Source: Comamonadaceae bacterium (GTDB lineage: Bacteria; Pseudomonadota; Gammaproteobacteria; Burkholderiales; Burkholderiaceae_C). From it: 64,000 nucleotides of DNA. Position 1 is the stretch's first letter, and each line of letters begins with the position of its first letter. Shown piece by piece: positions 1 through 12,255 of this stretch. Both the position numbers and the translations under genes were made by a program. The notes beneath the pieces were generated by a model. The model was given only the letters and a program-made list of their open reading frames with translations, did not search any database and was not told the origin of the DNA. Where the stretch lies: contig CANBVJ010000001.1 in the NCBI GenBank assembly GCA_947372865.1, forward strand, positions 81,772 through 145,771, in the 5' to 3' direction.

Positions 1-238
1 TGCCCATTTTCAGCACGGTGGACGAGCCTTTGACTTTCAGGTCCTTGATCAGCACCACGGCGTCGCCGTCTTGCAGCACCTGGCCGTTGGAGTCTTTCAC
101 CACGGCGTCTGCTTCTTCCACCACCGCCGCAGCCTGGGCTGGCCATTCAAAGCCGCAATCGGCGCAAACCAGGTTGGCGCCGTCGGCGTAGGTGTTTTCC
201 AAAGTGCATTGGGGGCAGGGGGGCAAGGTGTTTGGCAT
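1..238 (-). CDS. phnA: PhnA/YjdM-family zinc-ribbon protein (C-terminal end lies beyond the window start)
   Basis: Manual minus-strand translation from ATG 238-236 gives MPNTLPPCPQCTLENTYADGANLVCADCGFEW...LIKDLKVKGSSTVLKMG. It has CxxC...CxxC and the KVKGSS tail typical of PhnA/YjdM. Absent from the ORF track because the window edge truncates it. Confidence 0.8.
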   Translation of the reverse strand, partial: MPNTLPPCPQCTLENTYADGANLVCADCGFEWPAQAAAVVEEADAVVKDSNGQVLQDGDAVVLIKDLKVKGSSTVLKMG

Positions 239-280
239 GGGGGTTTCCGGTTCAGGATCAAAAATAGGTAATGGGTGGAT

Positions 281-1132
281 TTACGCGGCCGCGAGGCCGG
301 GCCAGCGCCCGCCGCTGCAACGCGCAATGCCAGCCAAGTCGGGGCGCGATTGCACATCCGCAAACCCGGCGTCTCGCAACAAATCACACACCGCCCGCGC
401 CTGGTCATAGCCGTGCTCCAGCAGCAGCCAACCGCCCGGCGCCAGGCACGCAGGCGCTTGGCGGATGATGGCGCGCAAATCGTCCAGCCCATCGTCACCG
501 CTGGCCAGCGCTTGCAAGGGCTCATGGATCAGCGCCGCCAAGTGCGGGTCGGCGGCGGCGATGTAAGGCGGGTTGGAGACGATGGCGTCAAACGGGCCGG
601 TCAGGCCGTCAAGCCATGAACCTTGCGAAAACGCCACTTCCAGGCCCAGGCACTGCGCATTGGCCTGGGCCACGGCCAGTGCTTCGGCGCTAAAGTCGCG
701 CGCGTGCATCTGCACATCGGGCCGCTGGTGTTTGATGGCCAGGGCAATGGCGCCGCTGCCGGTGCCCAGGTCCAGCACGCGGGCGGCGGGCGGCAGCAGC
801 GCCAGTGCCCAGTCCACCAGGGTTTCGGTGTCGGCGCGCGGGCACAGCACGCGCGCGTCTACCCGCAAATCCAGCCCATAAAACTCCTGGTGCCCGGTGA
901 TGTATGCCAGCGGCTCGCCGCGCAGGCGGCGTTGTAGCGCGGTGCCAAAGCGGGTGTGTGCATCGGCGTCCAAGGCATCGCTGTCGTGCGCCAGCAGCCA
1001 GGCCCGGTCGTGCGGGGTGCGGTCCAGCGCGTGCAGCAGCAGCATTTGGGCGTCCAGCCGCGCCAGGCCCATGCCGCTGGCGTGGCGCAGGGCGCTTGCC
1101 AGCGTGGCGCTGCAAGGCGCACTCTGGGTCAA
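281..1132 (-). CDS. prmC: Release-factor glutamine N5-methyltransferase PrmC/HemK
   Basis: 283-aa ORF with SAM motif [11 protein letters not shown] and catalytic NPPY. Its TTG start overlaps the prfA stop (TTGA). The hemA-prfA-prmC order is classical. An alternative ATG lies at 1072. Confidence 0.9.
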   Translation of the reverse strand: MTQSAPCSATLASALRHASGMGLARLDAQMLLLHALDRTPHDRAWLLAHDSDALDADAHTRFGTALQRRLRGEPLAYITGHQEFYGLDLRVDARVLCPRADTETLVDWALALLPPAARVLDLGTGSGAIALAIKHQRPDVQMHARDFSAEALAVAQANAQCLGLEVAFSQGSWLDGLTGPFDAIVSNPPYIAAADPHLAALIHEPLQALASGDDGLDDLRAIIRQAPACLAPGGWLLLEHGYDQARAVCDLLRDAGFADVQSRPDLAGIARCSGGRWPGLAAA

Positions 1133-2226
1133 GACAGGCCCACTTCCAGTGCCGCCATTTGCTGCGCGGCTTCATAGGCTTGCAGGGCTTCGACCACGTC
1201 GCCCAGGTCGCCTTCCATGATGGACAGCAGCTTATACAAGGTGAGGTTGATGCGGTGGTCGGTAAAGCGGCCTTGCGGAAAGTTGTAGGTGCGGATGCGG
1301 TCGCTGCGGTCGCCGGTGCCGATCAGGCCTTTGCGCTCGGCGGCGTCTTTGGCGGCGCGCTCGGAGCGGTCTTTTTCGTGGATGCGGGCGGTCAGCACTT
1401 TCAGGGCTTGTGCCTTGTTGCTGTGCTGGCTGCGCCCGTCTTGGCATTCGGCCACGATGCCGGTGGGCAGGTGGGTAATGCGCACCGCCGAGTCGGTTTT
1501 GTTGATGTGCTGGCCCCCGGCGCCGCTGGCCCGGTAGGTGTCAATGCGCAAATCGGCCGGGTTGATCTTGATGGCTTCTTGCTCGTCGGGCTCGGCCAGC
1601 ACCGCCACGGTGCAGGCGCTGGTGTGGATGCGGCCTTGGGTTTCGGTCACTGGCACGCGTTGCACGCGGTGGCCGCCGGACTCAAATTTGAGCGCGCCAT
1701 AGACGTTGTGGCCTTCAACCTGCAGCACCACTTCTTTGTAGCCGCCCAGCTCGCTGCCCGATTCGCTCATGATCTCGGTTTTCCAGCCCTGGGCGTCGCA
1801 GTAGCGGGTGTACATGCGGGCCAGGTCGCCAGCAAACAAGGTGGATTCGTCGCCGCCCGTGCCGGCGCGGATTTCGATAAAGGCGTTGCGGGCGTCGTCC
1901 GGGTCTTTGGGCAGCAGCATGCGTTGCAGCTCGGTTTCAAGCTGCGCGAGCTCTGCGCTGGCGCTGGCTATCTCTTCTTGCGCCATTTCTGCCATTTCGG
2001 CGTCGCCGTCGGCCGTTTTTAGCAGGTCGGTGCCCGCAGCCAGATCGGCTTCGCGGGCTTGGTAGCGCGTCCAGCGGGTGGCAACGGCAGCCACTTCGGT
2101 ATGTTCGCGCGACAGGGTCAAAAACTGCGGCATGTCTTTCATGATGTCTTCGCGCGAGAGCAAAAACTCCAGCTCACCGAGCCGGTCGGCGTAGCGGGCG
2201 AGTTGTTGGCGTAAAAAAGGTTTCAT
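1129..2226 (-). CDS. prfA: Peptide chain release factor 1
   Basis: 365 aa with the GGQ motif ([11 protein letters not shown]) and the RF1 tripeptide region ([13 protein letters not shown]). ATG start verified at 2226-2224. Confidence 0.97.
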   Translation of the reverse strand: MKPFLRQQLARYADRLGELEFLLSREDIMKDMPQFLTLSREHTEVAAVATRWTRYQAREADLAAGTDLLKTADGDAEMAEMAQEEIASASAELAQLETELQRMLLPKDPDDARNAFIEIRAGTGGDESTLFAGDLARMYTRYCDAQGWKTEIMSESGSELGGYKEVVLQVEGHNVYGALKFESGGHRVQRVPVTETQGRIHTSACTVAVLAEPDEQEAIKINPADLRIDTYRASGAGGQHINKTDSAVRITHLPTGIVAECQDGRSQHSNKAQALKVLTARIHEKDRSERAAKDAAERKGLIGTGDRSDRIRTYNFPQGRFTDHRINLTLYKLLSIMEGDLGDVVEALQAYEAAQQMAALEVGLS

Positions 2227-2330
2227 GGTGGGTGCAGCAAAAAAAGGTGGCTTGGACGCAAATGCGGGCGTGGTGCCCGGCGCGAGCGGGGGCGAAGGCG
2301 GCGCAAGGCCGCCCGGGCGGGCCAGCGCCG

Positions 2331-3590
2331 CTAACGCTCTTTGCGCAAAAAGAAGTGTTCGATGGCGTGGCTGGCCCGCTGGCGCCCGCTGGGGTCTGCG
2401 CCGTGCAGTTCGGCAAAAGCGCCGTGCAGCATTTTTTGCGTCAGGCCTTTGGACAAGGCCTCTAACACCGCATCCACGTCCTCGCCCTTGGCCAGCGCTT
2501 TGCGTGCGCGCGCCAGTTCTGCCGCACGCCAGGCGTCGGCCTGGGCGTTGAGCTGCTGGATCAGGGGCACGCTGTTGCGCTGGTCCACCCAGTGCAAAAA
2601 GCTTTGCACTCCGGCGTCCACAATCGCCTCGGCCTGGGCCACGGCCGCCTGGCGGCTGGCTTGCGCGGTTTGCACCACGCCAGCCAGGTCGTCTACGGTG
2701 TACAAATACACATCGCCCAGGCGCTTGACCTCGGGCTCAATGTCGCGCGGCACGGCCAGATCGACCATGAACATGGGCCGGTGCTTGCGCTTCTTTAGGG
2801 CCCGCTCCACCGCGCCCAGGCCAATGATGGGCAGGGTGCTGGCGGTGCAACTGATCACCGCGTCAAACTCGTGCAGGCGCTCGGGCAGGTCCGCCAGGTG
2901 CATCACCTCGGCGCCAAAGCGCCCGGCCAGCTTTTCACCGCGCTCGAGCGTGCGGTTGGCGATAGCCATGGTCTTGGGGTTTTTGGCGGCAAAGTGGGTG
3001 GCGCACAGCTCAATCATCTCGCCCGCGCCCACAAACAGCACTTTGACCTGCGCCAGGTCTTCAAACAATTGCCCGGCCAGCCGCACCGCTGCAGCCGCCA
3101 TGCTGATGGAGTGGGCGCCAATCTCGGTCGAGCTGCGCACCTCTTTGGCTACGGCAAACGAGCGCTGGAACAACTGCGACAGCGTGCTGCCCAGGGCGCC
3201 AGCGGCGTCGGCGGCGCGCACCGCGTCTTTGAGCTGGCCCAAAATCTGCGGCTCGCCCAGCACCATGGAGTCAAGCCCGCTGGCCACCCGAAAGGCGTGG
3301 CGCGCGGCCTGGCCGTCGGTCAGGCTGTAGGTGTGCGAGCGCAGGGACTGTACCGACACCCCGCCCGACTGCGCCAGCCACGCCAGGGTGTGTTCCAGGT
3401 GGGATTCGTCGCCCGCGCAGTAAATTTCGGTGCGGTTGCAGGTGGAAACGATGGCTGCCTCAGGCGCCTGCGGCATGGAGCCACGCAGGCCCTGGAGGTG
3501 CGGCTCGATCATGTCCAGGGCGAATGCGAACCGGCCACGCAGGTCCAGCGGTGCGGTGGTGTGGTTGATTCCGAGTGCCCAGACTGCCAT
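2331..3590 (-). CDS. hemA: Glutamyl-tRNA reductase
   Basis: 419 aa. N-terminus [19 protein letters not shown] and catalytic [13 protein letters not shown]-binding VLFVGAGEM. Sits upstream of prfA. Confidence 0.95.
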   Translation of the reverse strand: MAVWALGINHTTAPLDLRGRFAFALDMIEPHLQGLRGSMPQAPEAAIVSTCNRTEIYCAGDESHLEHTLAWLAQSGGVSVQSLRSHTYSLTDGQAARHAFRVASGLDSMVLGEPQILGQLKDAVRAADAAGALGSTLSQLFQRSFAVAKEVRSSTEIGAHSISMAAAAVRLAGQLFEDLAQVKVLFVGAGEMIELCATHFAAKNPKTMAIANRTLERGEKLAGRFGAEVMHLADLPERLHEFDAVISCTASTLPIIGLGAVERALKKRKHRPMFMVDLAVPRDIEPEVKRLGDVYLYTVDDLAGVVQTAQASRQAAVAQAEAIVDAGVQSFLHWVDQRNSVPLIQQLNAQADAWRAAELARARKALAKGEDVDAVLEALSKGLTQKMLHGAFAELHGADPSGRQRASHAIEHFFLRKER

Positions 3591-3644
3591 ATATCAACGG
3601 GATTATAAAATTGTTGCTACTTCGAAAGCATTTGCACACTATTT

Positions 3645-3920
3645 ATGGGCCCGCTCGACCTGATGAACCACCTGCTCAACTTTGCGGCGCCCGCCGTATT
3701 TGTGGGTTTTTTCCTGGCGCTGGTAGCGCCCCGGGTGCTGCGCACGGGGCCCCGGCGGGGCAGTTTGGCGGCGTGCGTGCTGGTGAATTCCATCTGTGGA
3801 GTGTGCGCCTTGTTGGCGGGGCTCTGGTTTTTTGGCAATGACGGCAAGATGGCCAGCTACTTGGCCCTCGTTTTGGCCAGTGCTGCCAGCCAGTTCTGGC
3901 TGATGCGGGCCCGCCGATGA
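3645..3920 (+). CDS. Small integral membrane protein, unknown function
   Basis: 91-aa ORF with about three hydrophobic helices. Its stop overlaps the next start (ATGA at 3917-3920). No recognisable family. Confidence 0.5.
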   Translation: MGPLDLMNHLLNFAAPAVFVGFFLALVAPRVLRTGPRRGSLAACVLVNSICGVCALLAGLWFFGNDGKMASYLALVLASAASQFWLMRARR

Positions 3921-4465
3921 GCGCGCCACAAGCGGGCGGCCCCGCCATCGTGGCGGCGCGCACCGAGCACCTGCCCGCGCTGGAGGCCCTGATCTTTGAC
4001 CACGGCGCCAATATCTGGAACTACCTGCCCGAAGACGGCATCCGCGAACACCTGGACGACGTTGCCCAAGGGCGGGCGCACGGCGTGCTGGCGCTGCAAG
4101 ACGGACACATCCTGGGCGCGGTGACTTTTTGCCTGAACACCGACTTTGATCGCTATCTGTCTGCGTCCCTGCGCGGCACACCCCAGGGCTATGTGTGTGA
4201 AGCCGTGGTGCGGCGCGACCAAGCGGGCCAGGGTTTGGGCACGCGGCTGCTGCGCGAGGCGCTCTCGGTGCTGGCAAAAATGGGCGTACAGGTGGTTTTT
4301 ATCGACCGCCATGAAGAAAATCGGGCCTCCGCCGGGATGATGCGCCGCGCTGGATTTGTAGAAATTGACACTTTCGCCGAACCCTGGCGCCGCCCGCAGG
4401 GGTCGGGGCGCACCACAGTGTGTTCTTTCAGCTTTGCGGTGGAACGTGGTCCACCCGGTCCGTAA
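3917..4465 (+). CDS. GNAT-family N-acetyltransferase
   Basis: 182 aa with acetyl-CoA binding motif A, VVRRDQAGQGLGTRLL (Q/RxxGxG/A). Confidence 0.8.
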   Translation: MSAPQAGGPAIVAARTEHLPALEALIFDHGANIWNYLPEDGIREHLDDVAQGRAHGVLALQDGHILGAVTFCLNTDFDRYLSASLRGTPQGYVCEAVVRRDQAGQGLGTRLLREALSVLAKMGVQVVFIDRHEENRASAGMMRRAGFVEIDTFAEPWRRPQGSGRTTVCSFSFAVERGPPGP

Positions 4466-5240
4466 TCAGCCCGTCGGTGCCCCAATCCAGCAGGCGCTGG
4501 GCCTCTTGGTCGTCGTTTACGGTATAGCTCAGCAAGCGAAACCCCGCCGCTTTGGCCAGGGCCACAGACGCGGTATTCCAAAGTTCGTGGTTACAAACAA
4601 TGGCTTGGCAGCCCAGTCGCGTGGCGTGGCCCAGCCACTGCGCCCAGGTTTGGTCTTCCAGCGCATGGATCAGCAGGCCGCGCGGCAGCTCGGGCTGGGT
4701 TGCCAAGGCGCCTTCCAGGGCTGCGATGTCAAACGAAGTCAGCAAAGGCGGCACCGCCACACCCTGCCACAGTTGCGCTGCGTGCTGCGCCACCACTTCG
4801 CCGGTGTGGCGCTCGGTGCCGACGGTGGGCTTGATCTCTATATTGAGGAAATACCCGTTGGCGATGCAAAAGCGGGCAATTCCCTCCAACGTGGGCAGCG
4901 GCTCGCCCGCAAATGTGGCGCTGTGCCAGCCCCCGGCGTCGAGCTGCGAGAGTGCGTGCCAGGGGTGGTGGCCCGCAACCGGGTCTGCGTCCAGGGGCAG
5001 GGTGGACAGGTCCGCCGTGCGCTCCAGCGTGTCGTCGTGCAGCAAAAAAGGCACACCGTCGCTGCTGAGTTTCACGTCGCACTCAAACATGCGGTAGCCG
5101 TGGGACGCACCTAAGCGAAAGGCGGCCAAGGTGTTTTCAGGCGCCAGCGTGCCCGCGCCCCGGTGGGCGATCCAGCGCGGGTAGGGCCAAGGGGCAGGGC
5201 GGGTGGTAGCAGTGGCGGCGGTGGGAGCGTTGGGGGTCAT
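4428..5240 (-). CDS. ugpQ: Glycerophosphodiester phosphodiesterase (GDPD family)
   Basis: GDPD motifs [16 protein letters not shown] and [23 protein letters not shown]. Start set to internal ATG 5240 (MTPNAPT...). The longer track ORF to 5471 would overlap the divergent neighbour. Confidence 0.85.
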   Translation of the reverse strand: MTPNAPTAATATTRPAPWPYPRWIAHRGAGTLAPENTLAAFRLGASHGYRMFECDVKLSSDGVPFLLHDDTLERTADLSTLPLDADPVAGHHPWHALSQLDAGGWHSATFAGEPLPTLEGIARFCIANGYFLNIEIKPTVGTERHTGEVVAQHAAQLWQGVAVPPLLTSFDIAALEGALATQPELPRGLLIHALEDQTWAQWLGHATRLGCQAIVCNHELWNTASVALAKAAGFRLLSYTVNDDQEAQRLLDWGTDGLITDRVDHVPPQS

Positions 5241-5382
5241 GCGGCTGAATTTAACCGCAAGCCGGTGCAGGGCGGCGGCAGGCTTCGCCTTACGCATCGC
5301 TTGTGAATGCTGCACTGCGGTACCATCACCTGCCGCCCTCTGTGGCACCCACCCAACGGACGCGCCGCTACCAAACCGACTG

Positions 5383-8300
5383 ATGAACGCTCCCACTTCC
5401 CTCGCCCAGCTCTTGCCCGCGCTCCCTTCGGCCCATCCGGCCAATGAGCGCATCCGCGAAATCCCGTACAACTACACCTCGTTCTCCGACCGCGAGATCG
5501 TGATCCGCCTCTTGGGCCAGCAGGCTTGGGAAACGCTCAACGCCCTGCGCGAAGAACGCCGCACCGGCCGCTCCGCCCGCATGTTGTACGAAGTGTTGGG
5601 TGACATTTGGGTGGTGCAGCGCAACCCCTATTTGCAGGACGACCTGCTGGACAACCCCAAGCGCCGCGGCCAATTGGTCGATGCGCTCAACCACCGCCTG
5701 GCCGAAGTCGAAAAACGCCGCACGCCCGACGCCGACCTTGAGCGCGACACCATGGTGGCCGAGCTGCTGGTGGCCGCGCGCAAATCCGTACAGGCATTCA
5801 ATGCCGCTTTTGAAGAAGTGGCCGCGCTGCGCAAAAAGTCGCAAAAGCTGCTGAACAAGCTCACCGCCAAGGACAACGTCAAGTTTGACGGCCTCTCGCG
5901 CGTGAGCCACGTGACCGACGCCACCGACTGGCGCGTGGAATATCCCTTCGTGGTGCTCACGCCCGACTCGGAAGAAGAAATGGCCGGCCTGGTCAAAGGC
6001 TGTATCGACCTGGGCCTGACCATCATTCCGCGCGGGGGCGGCACCGGCTACACGGGCGGCGCCATTCCCCTGACTTGGAAGAGCGCGGTGATCAACACCG
6101 AAAAGCTCGAATCCATGACCGAAGTCGAGATGCGGCGCCTGCCAGGGCTCGACGTTGACGTGGCAACCGTCTGGTCGGAGGCCGGTGTGGTCACCCAGCG
6201 CGTGGCTGACGCCGCCGAGCGGGGCGGTTATGTGTTTGCGGTGGACCCCACGTCTGCCGAGGCCAGCTGCATTGGCGGCAACATCGCCATGAATGCCGGG
6301 GGCAAAAAAGCCGTGCTTTGGGGCACGGCGCTGGACAACCTGGCGAGCTGGCGCATGGTGACACCGCAGGCTGAGTGGTTAGAGGTGACCCGCGTCAACC
6401 ACAACATGGGCAAGATCCATGACGCCGAAGTCGCCAGCTTTGAGCTGCAGTATTTCAAGGCCGACGGCAAAACCAAGTTGCGCACCGAGCGCCTGGACAT
6501 TCCCGGCAAGACCTTCCGCAAAGAAGGCCTGGGCAAGGACGTGACCGACAAGTTTTTGAGCGGCCTGCCGGGCATCCAGAAAGAAGGCTGCGATGGCCTG
6601 ATCACCAGCGCGCGCTGGGTGCTGCACCGCATGCCGGCGCACACCCGCACCGTGGTGCTGGAGTTTTTTGGCCACGCGCGCGACGCGGTACCCAGCATTG
6701 TGGAAATCAAGGACTTCATGTTCGCCGAGCAAAAGCGCTCGGGCGTGGTGCTGGCAGGGCTTGAGCATCTGGACGATCGGTATTTGAAAGCCGTGGGTTA
6801 CGCCACCAAGTCCAAGCGCGGCGGCCTGCCCAAAATGGCGTTGTTTGGTGACATCGCCGGGGACGACGCAGACGCCGTGGCGCGCGCCACCTCCGAGGTG
6901 GTGCGCATTGCCAATTCGCGCAGCGGCGAAGGCTTTATCGCCATCAGCCCTGAGGCGCGCAAAAAGTTTTGGCTGGACCGCAAAAAGACCGCAGCGATTA
7001 GCAAGCACACCAACGCCTTCAAGATCAACGAAGACGTGGTGATTCCGCTTCCGCGCATGGCCGAATACACCGATGGCATTGAGCGCATCAACATCGAACT
7101 CAGCTTGCAAAACAAGCTGGCCCTGTGCGATGCGCTGCAAGAGTTTTTGGGCCAAGGCAACCTGCCCATGGGCAAGGCTGACGACTCGATTGATATCCCA
7201 TCGGCTGAACTGATGCAAGAGCGCGTGGCCCAGGCCGTGGCCGTGGTGACCGATGTGCGCGCCCAGTGGCAAGGCTGGCTGGACAACGTGAACACGCTGT
7301 TTGCCGAGCTGCAAGACCACAGCCTGCGCGCGAGCTGGAAGACCCAGTTGCGCGAACCCCTGCAAGGCATATTTACCGGTGGCGCCTTTGCGGCCATCCT
7401 GGCCGAGTGCACCGCCATTCACAAACGCGTACTCAAGGGCCGCGTCTGGGTGGCGCTGCACATGCACGCCGGTGACGGCAATGTGCACACCAATATTCCC
7501 GTCAACAGCGACGACTACGACATGTTGCAAGCGGCCCACGGCGCGGTCAAACGCATCATGGCGCTGGCCCGTAGCCTGGACGGCGTGATCTCCGGTGAAC
7601 ATGGCATTGGCATCACCAAGCTGGAGTTTTTGAGCGACGCCGAACTGCAGCCGTTTACCGACTACAAGGGGCGCGTTGACCCCGAAGGGCGCTTTAACAA
7701 GGGCAAGCTGATGCGCCAGCCCTCCATGGCCGCGCAAACCGCCGCGCACAGCGCAGGGACGCAGTCGCACATGTATGCAGACCTTACGAACGCGTACACG
7801 CCGTCGTTTGGCCTGATGGGTCACGAGTCCATCATCATGCAGCAGAGCGACATTGGCGCGATTGCAGACTCCATCAAGGACTGCCTGCGCTGCGGCAAGT
7901 GCAAACCGGTGTGCGCCACCCACGTGCCGCGCGCCAATTTGCTGTACAGCCCGCGCAACAAGATTCTGGCCACCTCGCTCTTGATCGAAGCCTTTTTGTA
8001 CGAAGAGCAAACCCGCCGCGGTATCAGCATCCGCCACTGGGAAGAGTTTGAAGACGTGGCCGACCATTGCACCGTGTGCCACAAGTGCGAAAGCCCGTGC
8101 CCGGTGAAGATCGACTTTGGCGACGTGACCATGAACATGCGCAACCTGTTGCGCAAAATGGGCCAAAAGACCTTCCGCCCCGGCAACGCGGCGGCCATGT
8201 TCTTCCTGAACGCCACCAACCCCGAGACCATCAAGATCGCCCGCGCGGCCATGGTGGGCGTGGGCTTCAAGGCGCAGCGCCTGGCCAATGACGTGCTGCG

Positions 8301-9312
8301 CGTGTTTGCCAAGGCGCAGACCGCCAAGCCCCCGGCCTCGGTGGGCGCGCCGCCTATCAAAGAGCAAATCATCCACTTCATCAACAAAAAGATGCCCGGC
8401 GGCCTGCCCAAAAAGACGGCCCGCGCGCTCTTGGACATTGAAGACGCGGACTACGTGCCCATCATCCGCAACCCGCAAACCACCACGTCCGAGACGGAAG
8501 CGGTGTTTTACTTCCCTGGCTGTGGCTCGGAGCGGCTGTTCAGCCAGGTGGGCTTGGCCACCCAGGCCATGCTGTGGCACGCCGGGGTGCAAACCGTGCT
8601 GCCCCCGGGCTATTTGTGCTGCGGCTACCCCCAGCGCGGCAGCGGCCAGGCAGACAAGGCGGAAAAAATCATCACCGACAACCGGGTGCTGTTCCATCGC
8701 GTGGCCAATACGCTCAATTACCTGGACATCAAAACCGTGGTGGTGAGCTGCGGTACCTGCTACGACCAATTGCAGGGCTACGAGTTCGACAAGATATTCC
8801 CGGGCTGCCGCATCATCGATATCCACGAATATCTGCTGGAGAAGGGCATCACGCTGGTGCCCCAGGGCGGCGCGGGCGCCGGTTATCTGTACCACGACCC
8901 CTGCCACAGCCCCATGAAGCTGCAAGACCCGGTGAAAACCGTCAAAGCCCTGGTCGGCGACGCGGTGCTCAAAAACGAGCGCTGCTGCGGCGAGTCCGGC
9001 ACCCTGGGCGTCACCCGGCCTGACATCTCTACGCAAATCCGCTTTCGCAAGGAAGAAGAGTTGCGCCAGGGCGAGGCCGATTTGGCGGTGCTGACGGGCG
9101 CCGCCCCCGGCGCGCCCAAGGTAACCAAAATCCTGACCAGCTGCCCAAGCTGCCTGCAAGGCCTGAGCCGCTACGGCAACGACCTGAATAACGGCCTGCT
9201 GGAGGCCGACTACATCGTGGTCGAAATGGCCAACCAGATTCTGGGCAAGGAATGGCTGCCCGAATACGTGCAAATTGCCAATGCCGGCGGCATTGAGCGG
9301 GTGCTGGTCTAG
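5383..9312 (+). CDS. Large DUF3683 / FAD-linked oxidase (GlcD-like) / Fe-S (GlcF-like) fusion oxidoreductase
   Basis: N-terminal [17 protein letters not shown] block. FAD-binding [14 protein letters not shown]. Two 4Fe-4S motifs ([23 protein letters not shown]). C-terminal Cys-rich CCG-type repeats. Start set to ATG 5383 ([10 protein letters not shown]). Confidence 0.9.
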   Translation: MNAPTSLAQLLPALPSAHPANERIREIPYNYTSFSDREIVIRLLGQQAWETLNALREERRTGRSARMLYEVLGDIWVVQRNPYLQDDLLDNPKRRGQLVDALNHRLAEVEKRRTPDADLERDTMVAELLVAARKSVQAFNAAFEEVAALRKKSQKLLNKLTAKDNVKFDGLSRVSHVTDATDWRVEYPFVVLTPDSEEEMAGLVKGCIDLGLTIIPRGGGTGYTGGAIPLTWKSAVINTEKLESMTEVEMRRLPGLDVDVATVWSEAGVVTQRVADAAERGGYVFAVDPTSAEASCIGGNIAMNAGGKKAVLWGTALDNLASWRMVTPQAEWLEVTRVNHNMGKIHDAEVASFELQYFKADGKTKLRTERLDIPGKTFRKEGLGKDVTDKFLSGLPGIQKEGCDGLITSARWVLHRMPAHTRTVVLEFFGHARDAVPSIVEIKDFMFAEQKRSGVVLAGLEHLDDRYLKAVGYATKSKRGGLPKMALFGDIAGDDADAVARATSEVVRIANSRSGEGFIAISPEARKKFWLDRKKTAAISKHTNAFKINEDVVIPLPRMAEYTDGIERINIELSLQNKLALCDALQEFLGQGNLPMGKADDSIDIPSAELMQERVAQAVAVVTDVRAQWQGWLDNVNTLFAELQDHSLRASWKTQLREPLQGIFTGGAFAAILAECTAIHKRVLKGRVWVALHMHAGDGNVHTNIPVNSDDYDMLQAAHGAVKRIMALARSLDGVISGEHGIGITKLEFLSDAELQPFTDYKGRVDPEGRFNKGKLMRQPSMAAQTAAHSAGTQSHMYADLTNAYTPSFGLMGHESIIMQQSDIGAIADSIKDCLRCGKCKPVCATHVPRANLLYSPRNKILATSLLIEAFLYEEQTRRGISIRHWEEFEDVADHCTVCHKCESPCPVKIDFGDVTMNMRNLLRKMGQKTFRPGNAAAMFFLNATNPETIKIARAAMVGVGFKAQRLANDVLRVFAKAQTAKPPASVGAPPIKEQIIHFINKKMPGGLPKKTARALLDIEDADYVPIIRNPQTTTSETEAVFYFPGCGSERLFSQVGLATQAMLWHAGVQTVLPPGYLCCGYPQRGSGQADKAEKIITDNRVLFHRVANTLNYLDIKTVVVSCGTCYDQLQGYEFDKIFPGCRIIDIHEYLLEKGITLVPQGGAGAGYLYHDPCHSPMKLQDPVKTVKALVGDAVLKNERCCGESGTLGVTRPDISTQIRFRKEEELRQGEADLAVLTGAAPGAPKVTKILTSCPSCLQGLSRYGNDLNNGLLEADYIVVEMANQILGKEWLPEYVQIANAGGIERVLV

Positions 9313-9378
9313 GGCAGGCGCAGGCCAAGCCCGCATCACACAATACGACTCACAATACACCTGACTTCAAAAAACACC

Positions 9379-9792
9379 ATGGCCGGACTGAAAAAAGACT
9401 CTCCCACCCCGCAGGCGATCACCGCCCACAGCCAGTCCCGCGTGCTGGAAATCAGCTTTTCAGACGGCGCGAGCTTTCGCATTCCGTTTGAGCTGATGCG
9501 GGTGTATTCGCCTTCTGCCGAGGTGCAGGGCCATGGCGAGGGCCAGGAAGTGCTGCAGACCGGCAAGCGCCTGGTCGAACTCACCGGCTTGGAGCCGATT
9601 GGCAACTACGCGGTGCAGCCTTCGTTTTCAGACGGCCACGAAAGTGGCATTTTTACCTGGGATTACCTGTACTTTTTGGGTTCGCAAGAGGCCAGTCTGT
9701 GGCAGCAGTACGCGCAGCGCCTCCAAGCGGCGGGGCGCGACCGCGACGGCCCCATGCCCGCGCCCGCAGGCCACGGCTGCGCCAGCCACTGA
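9379..9792 (+). CDS. DUF971 (gamma-butyrobetaine hydroxylase N-terminal-like) protein
   Basis: 137 aa containing LEISFSDG..F.IPFELMRVYSPSAEV...GNYAVQPSFSDGHESGIFTWDYL, which is characteristic of DUF971. Lies directly upstream of ubiE. Confidence 0.8.
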   Translation: MAGLKKDSPTPQAITAHSQSRVLEISFSDGASFRIPFELMRVYSPSAEVQGHGEGQEVLQTGKRLVELTGLEPIGNYAVQPSFSDGHESGIFTWDYLYFLGSQEASLWQQYAQRLQAAGRDRDGPMPAPAGHGCASH

Positions 9793-9819
9793 ACGCCAAC
9801 CCTCCATTTATCCATAGAC

Positions 9820-10551
9820 ATGTCCAAAACCCACTTCGGTTTCCAATCGGTCGATGAGACCGAAAAAGCCCGCCACGTGCGCGGTGTGTTCGATTCGGTC
9901 GCGCCCAAGTACGACCTGATGAACGACCTGATGTCCGGCGGTCTGCACCGCGCCTGGAAGGCCTACACCCTGCTGGTGGCGGATTTGAAAGAAGGCCAAA
10001 AAGCCCTGGATATTGCGGGCGGCACAGGGGATTTGGCCCTGGCTTTTTCCAAAAAAGTCGGCAAAACCGGCCAGGTGGTGCACACCGACATCAACGAGGC
10101 CATGCTCAGCACCGGGCGCAACCGCCTGATTGACCTGGGCGTGCTGCTGCCCACGGTGGTGTGCGACGCCGAAAAACTGCCTTTTCCCGACGGCTACTTT
10201 GACCTGGTCAGCGTCGCCTTTGGCCTGCGCAATATGACGCACAAGGACGTGGCGTTGGCCGAGATGTGCCGCGTGCTCAAGCCCGGCGGCAAGCTGCTGG
10301 TGCTGGAGTTTTCCAAAGTCGCGCCGCCGCTGGAAAAGCTGTATGACTGGTATTCCTTCAAGGTTTTGCCCAAACTGGGCAAGCTGGTGGCCGGTGACGA
10401 CGCCAGCTACCGCTACCTGGCCGAGTCGATTCGCATGCATCCCGGGCAAAAAGAGCTAAAGGCCCTGATGCACAAAGGTGGATTCGGCCATGTGGATTAC
10501 CACAACCTCACCGGCGGCATTGCCGCGCTGCATGTTGGAATCAAGTGCTAG
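9820..10551 (+). CDS. ubiE: Demethylmenaquinone/ubiquinone C-methyltransferase UbiE
   Basis: 243 aa. N-terminal [11 protein letters not shown] and [20 protein letters not shown] motif LDIAGGTGD. Confidence 0.95.
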   Translation: MSKTHFGFQSVDETEKARHVRGVFDSVAPKYDLMNDLMSGGLHRAWKAYTLLVADLKEGQKALDIAGGTGDLALAFSKKVGKTGQVVHTDINEAMLSTGRNRLIDLGVLLPTVVCDAEKLPFPDGYFDLVSVAFGLRNMTHKDVALAEMCRVLKPGGKLLVLEFSKVAPPLEKLYDWYSFKVLPKLGKLVAGDDASYRYLAESIRMHPGQKELKALMHKGGFGHVDYHNLTGGIAALHVGIKC

Positions 10552-10641
10552 CAGGGCTGCGGGCACTTGCGGGGCGGCAGATTGGCCGCACTTGAGGGGC
10601 TCTCGGTGGCAGTTGGGCACTTTGGTTTTTAAGGAACAGAT

Positions 10642-11601
10642 ATGAAATGGTTGAGTTTGGTGTTGACGGCGTTTTTGTTGTTTGCGGGCGCAAACGCCGA
10701 GGCTGCGCGCCTGGGCGGCGGCAAATCTATGGGCAAACAGTCTGGCAACGTGATGCAGCGCGAAGCCGCGCCCAGCGCGCCGTCCCAAGGCGTGGGCAAT
10801 GTGGCACCTCGGCCGGCACCCGCCCCGGTGGCCGCGCCTGCTGCGCCGCGCCGGCCCTGGGGCGCCATGCTCGGCGGTCTGGCCGCTGGCCTGGGCCTGG
10901 CTTGGTTGGCACATTCCATGGGCATGGGCGAGGGCTTTGGCCAGATTTTGATGTTCGCATTGCTGGCGTTTGGCGTGGTGATGCTGATTAGCGCGTTCAT
11001 GCGCCGGCGCCAGGCGGCCGCCAGCCCGTTTGCCTTCCAGGGCGCGGGCAGTATGAGCGGCGTGGAGTCGCGCCCTTACCGTCCCGAGAACGTGGGCAAC
11101 GACGCATCGGCTCGCCCCTGGGAGCAAAACGCGGCGCATTACGACGCGGCACCGGCCGCTGGTGGTGCGTCGGGCTCCATGATCGGTTCGGCACTTTTGG
11201 GGTCGCAGACCTGGGGCGTGCCTGCCGGTTTTGATACCGAAGGCTTCATCAAGGCCGCCAAGGCCAACTTCATCACCCTGCAAGCGGCCTGGGACAAGTC
11301 CGACATCGGTAGCCTACGCGCCATGATGACCGACGGCATGCTGTTGGAAATCAAAAACCAGCTCAGTGAACGCGAAACCCACGCCGGAGCGCAGCCCAAC
11401 CACACCGAAGTGCTGGCGCTCGATGCCCGCCTGCTAGGTATTGAAGAACTGGCTGACGAATACATGGCCAGCGTGGAATACACCGGCATGATCCGCGAAG
11501 ACGCAGCCTCCGCCCCCAGCCCGTTCCGCGAAGTCTGGAACATGACCAAGGGCAAGAACGGCGGCGGCTGGCTGGTAGCCGGCGTGCAAGCGCTGCAATA
11601 A
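10642..11601 (+). CDS. Tim44-like domain membrane protein
   Basis: 319 aa. Signal peptide (MKWLSLVLTAFLLFAGANA), then a Gly/Ala/Pro-rich stretch, one TM helix and a C-terminal Tim44-like domain (FDTEGFIKAAKANFITLQAAWD...WLVAGVQ). RBS AAGGAA upstream. Confidence 0.8.
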   Translation: MKWLSLVLTAFLLFAGANAEAARLGGGKSMGKQSGNVMQREAAPSAPSQGVGNVAPRPAPAPVAAPAAPRRPWGAMLGGLAAGLGLAWLAHSMGMGEGFGQILMFALLAFGVVMLISAFMRRRQAAASPFAFQGAGSMSGVESRPYRPENVGNDASARPWEQNAAHYDAAPAAGGASGSMIGSALLGSQTWGVPAGFDTEGFIKAAKANFITLQAAWDKSDIGSLRAMMTDGMLLEIKNQLSERETHAGAQPNHTEVLALDARLLGIEELADEYMASVEYTGMIREDAASAPSPFREVWNMTKGKNGGGWLVAGVQALQ

Positions 11602-11670
11602 GCGGCGCCCCGCAGGGGCGCTGTCCGGCGGTGGCAGAACTAAGCGCCACATCGGGAATAATGGGGGACT

Positions 11671-12255
11671 ATGGCAACACAGTCCCCCTTTTCTATGCTT
11701 GAAGGCTTTTTGCAGGACTTCAAGCTCCCGTTTACCCCTCCCGATTGGGCCGTTGAGGAAACACAGCGCCGCGTGGTTTTGCTGCTGAACCATGTGCTGA
11801 TGCAAGAGAGTCAGGCCACCGAGCGCCTGGCGCGGCAAAAAGGCCGCACGGTGCTGGTGCAATGGCAGTCCTTGAGTTTCAAGGTCTTGGTCACGCCCGC
11901 CGGCTTGCTGGATCTGGCGCAGTCCAACGCGGTGTCAGACCTGGTGCTCACGCTGACCGACCCTTCGCCGCTGGCGTTGGTGCAAGGCCTGGTGCAAGGG
12001 GGCAAACCCGCCGTGCGCGTGGAAGGCGATGTGCAATTGGCCGCCGACGTGAACTGGCTCACCGACCATCTGCGCTGGGACGTGGAAGCTGACCTGGCCC
12101 GCATCGTGGGCGATGTACCGGCGCACATGCTGGTGTCCAACGGCCGAAAAATAGCCCAGGCCCTGCAGCAATTTGTGGCGCAGGGCCGCAAGACCCCATC
12201 GGCGTCCAATTCCACCCCGCCAGCTACCACGAATCAACCCGAAAGCGCGCCATGA
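11671..12255 (+). CDS. ubiJ: SCP2-domain ubiquinone biosynthesis accessory factor UbiJ
   Basis: 194 aa located between ubiE and ubiB, overlapping the ubiB start (ATGA). Called from SCP2-like hydrophobic pattern and synteny, not a strong motif. Confidence 0.7.
   Translation: MATQSPFSMLEGFLQDFKLPFTPPDWAVEETQRRVVLLLNHVLMQESQATERLARQKGRTVLVQWQSLSFKVLVTPAGLLDLAQSNAVSDLVLTLTDPSPLALVQGLVQGGKPAVRVEGDVQLAADVNWLTDHLRWDVEADLARIVGDVPAHMLVSNGRKIAQALQQFVAQGRKTPSASNSTPPATTNQPESAP

Noticed and set aside
1651-1665. TGGCACGCGTTGCAC, a sigma-54-like sequence.
   Set aside because: The GG-to-GC spacing is two nucleotides too short. It also lies inside prfA on the antisense strand with no downstream gene.
4428-5471. 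Long N-terminal extensions of the ugpQ ORF (to 5471) and of the oxidoreductase ORF (from 5203) that would make the divergent genes overlap by about 270 nt.
   Set aside because: The extensions are low-complexity and lack family-typical sequence. Internal ATGs at 5240 and 5383 give canonical N-termini and a normal 142-nt divergent promoter region.
6379-9360. 993-aa ORF on the minus strand, the second longest in the track.
   Set aside because: It lies entirely antisense to the well-supported FAD/Fe-S oxidoreductase gene. It has the Ala/Gly/Arg/His-rich, motif-free composition typical of shadow ORFs in GC-rich DNA.
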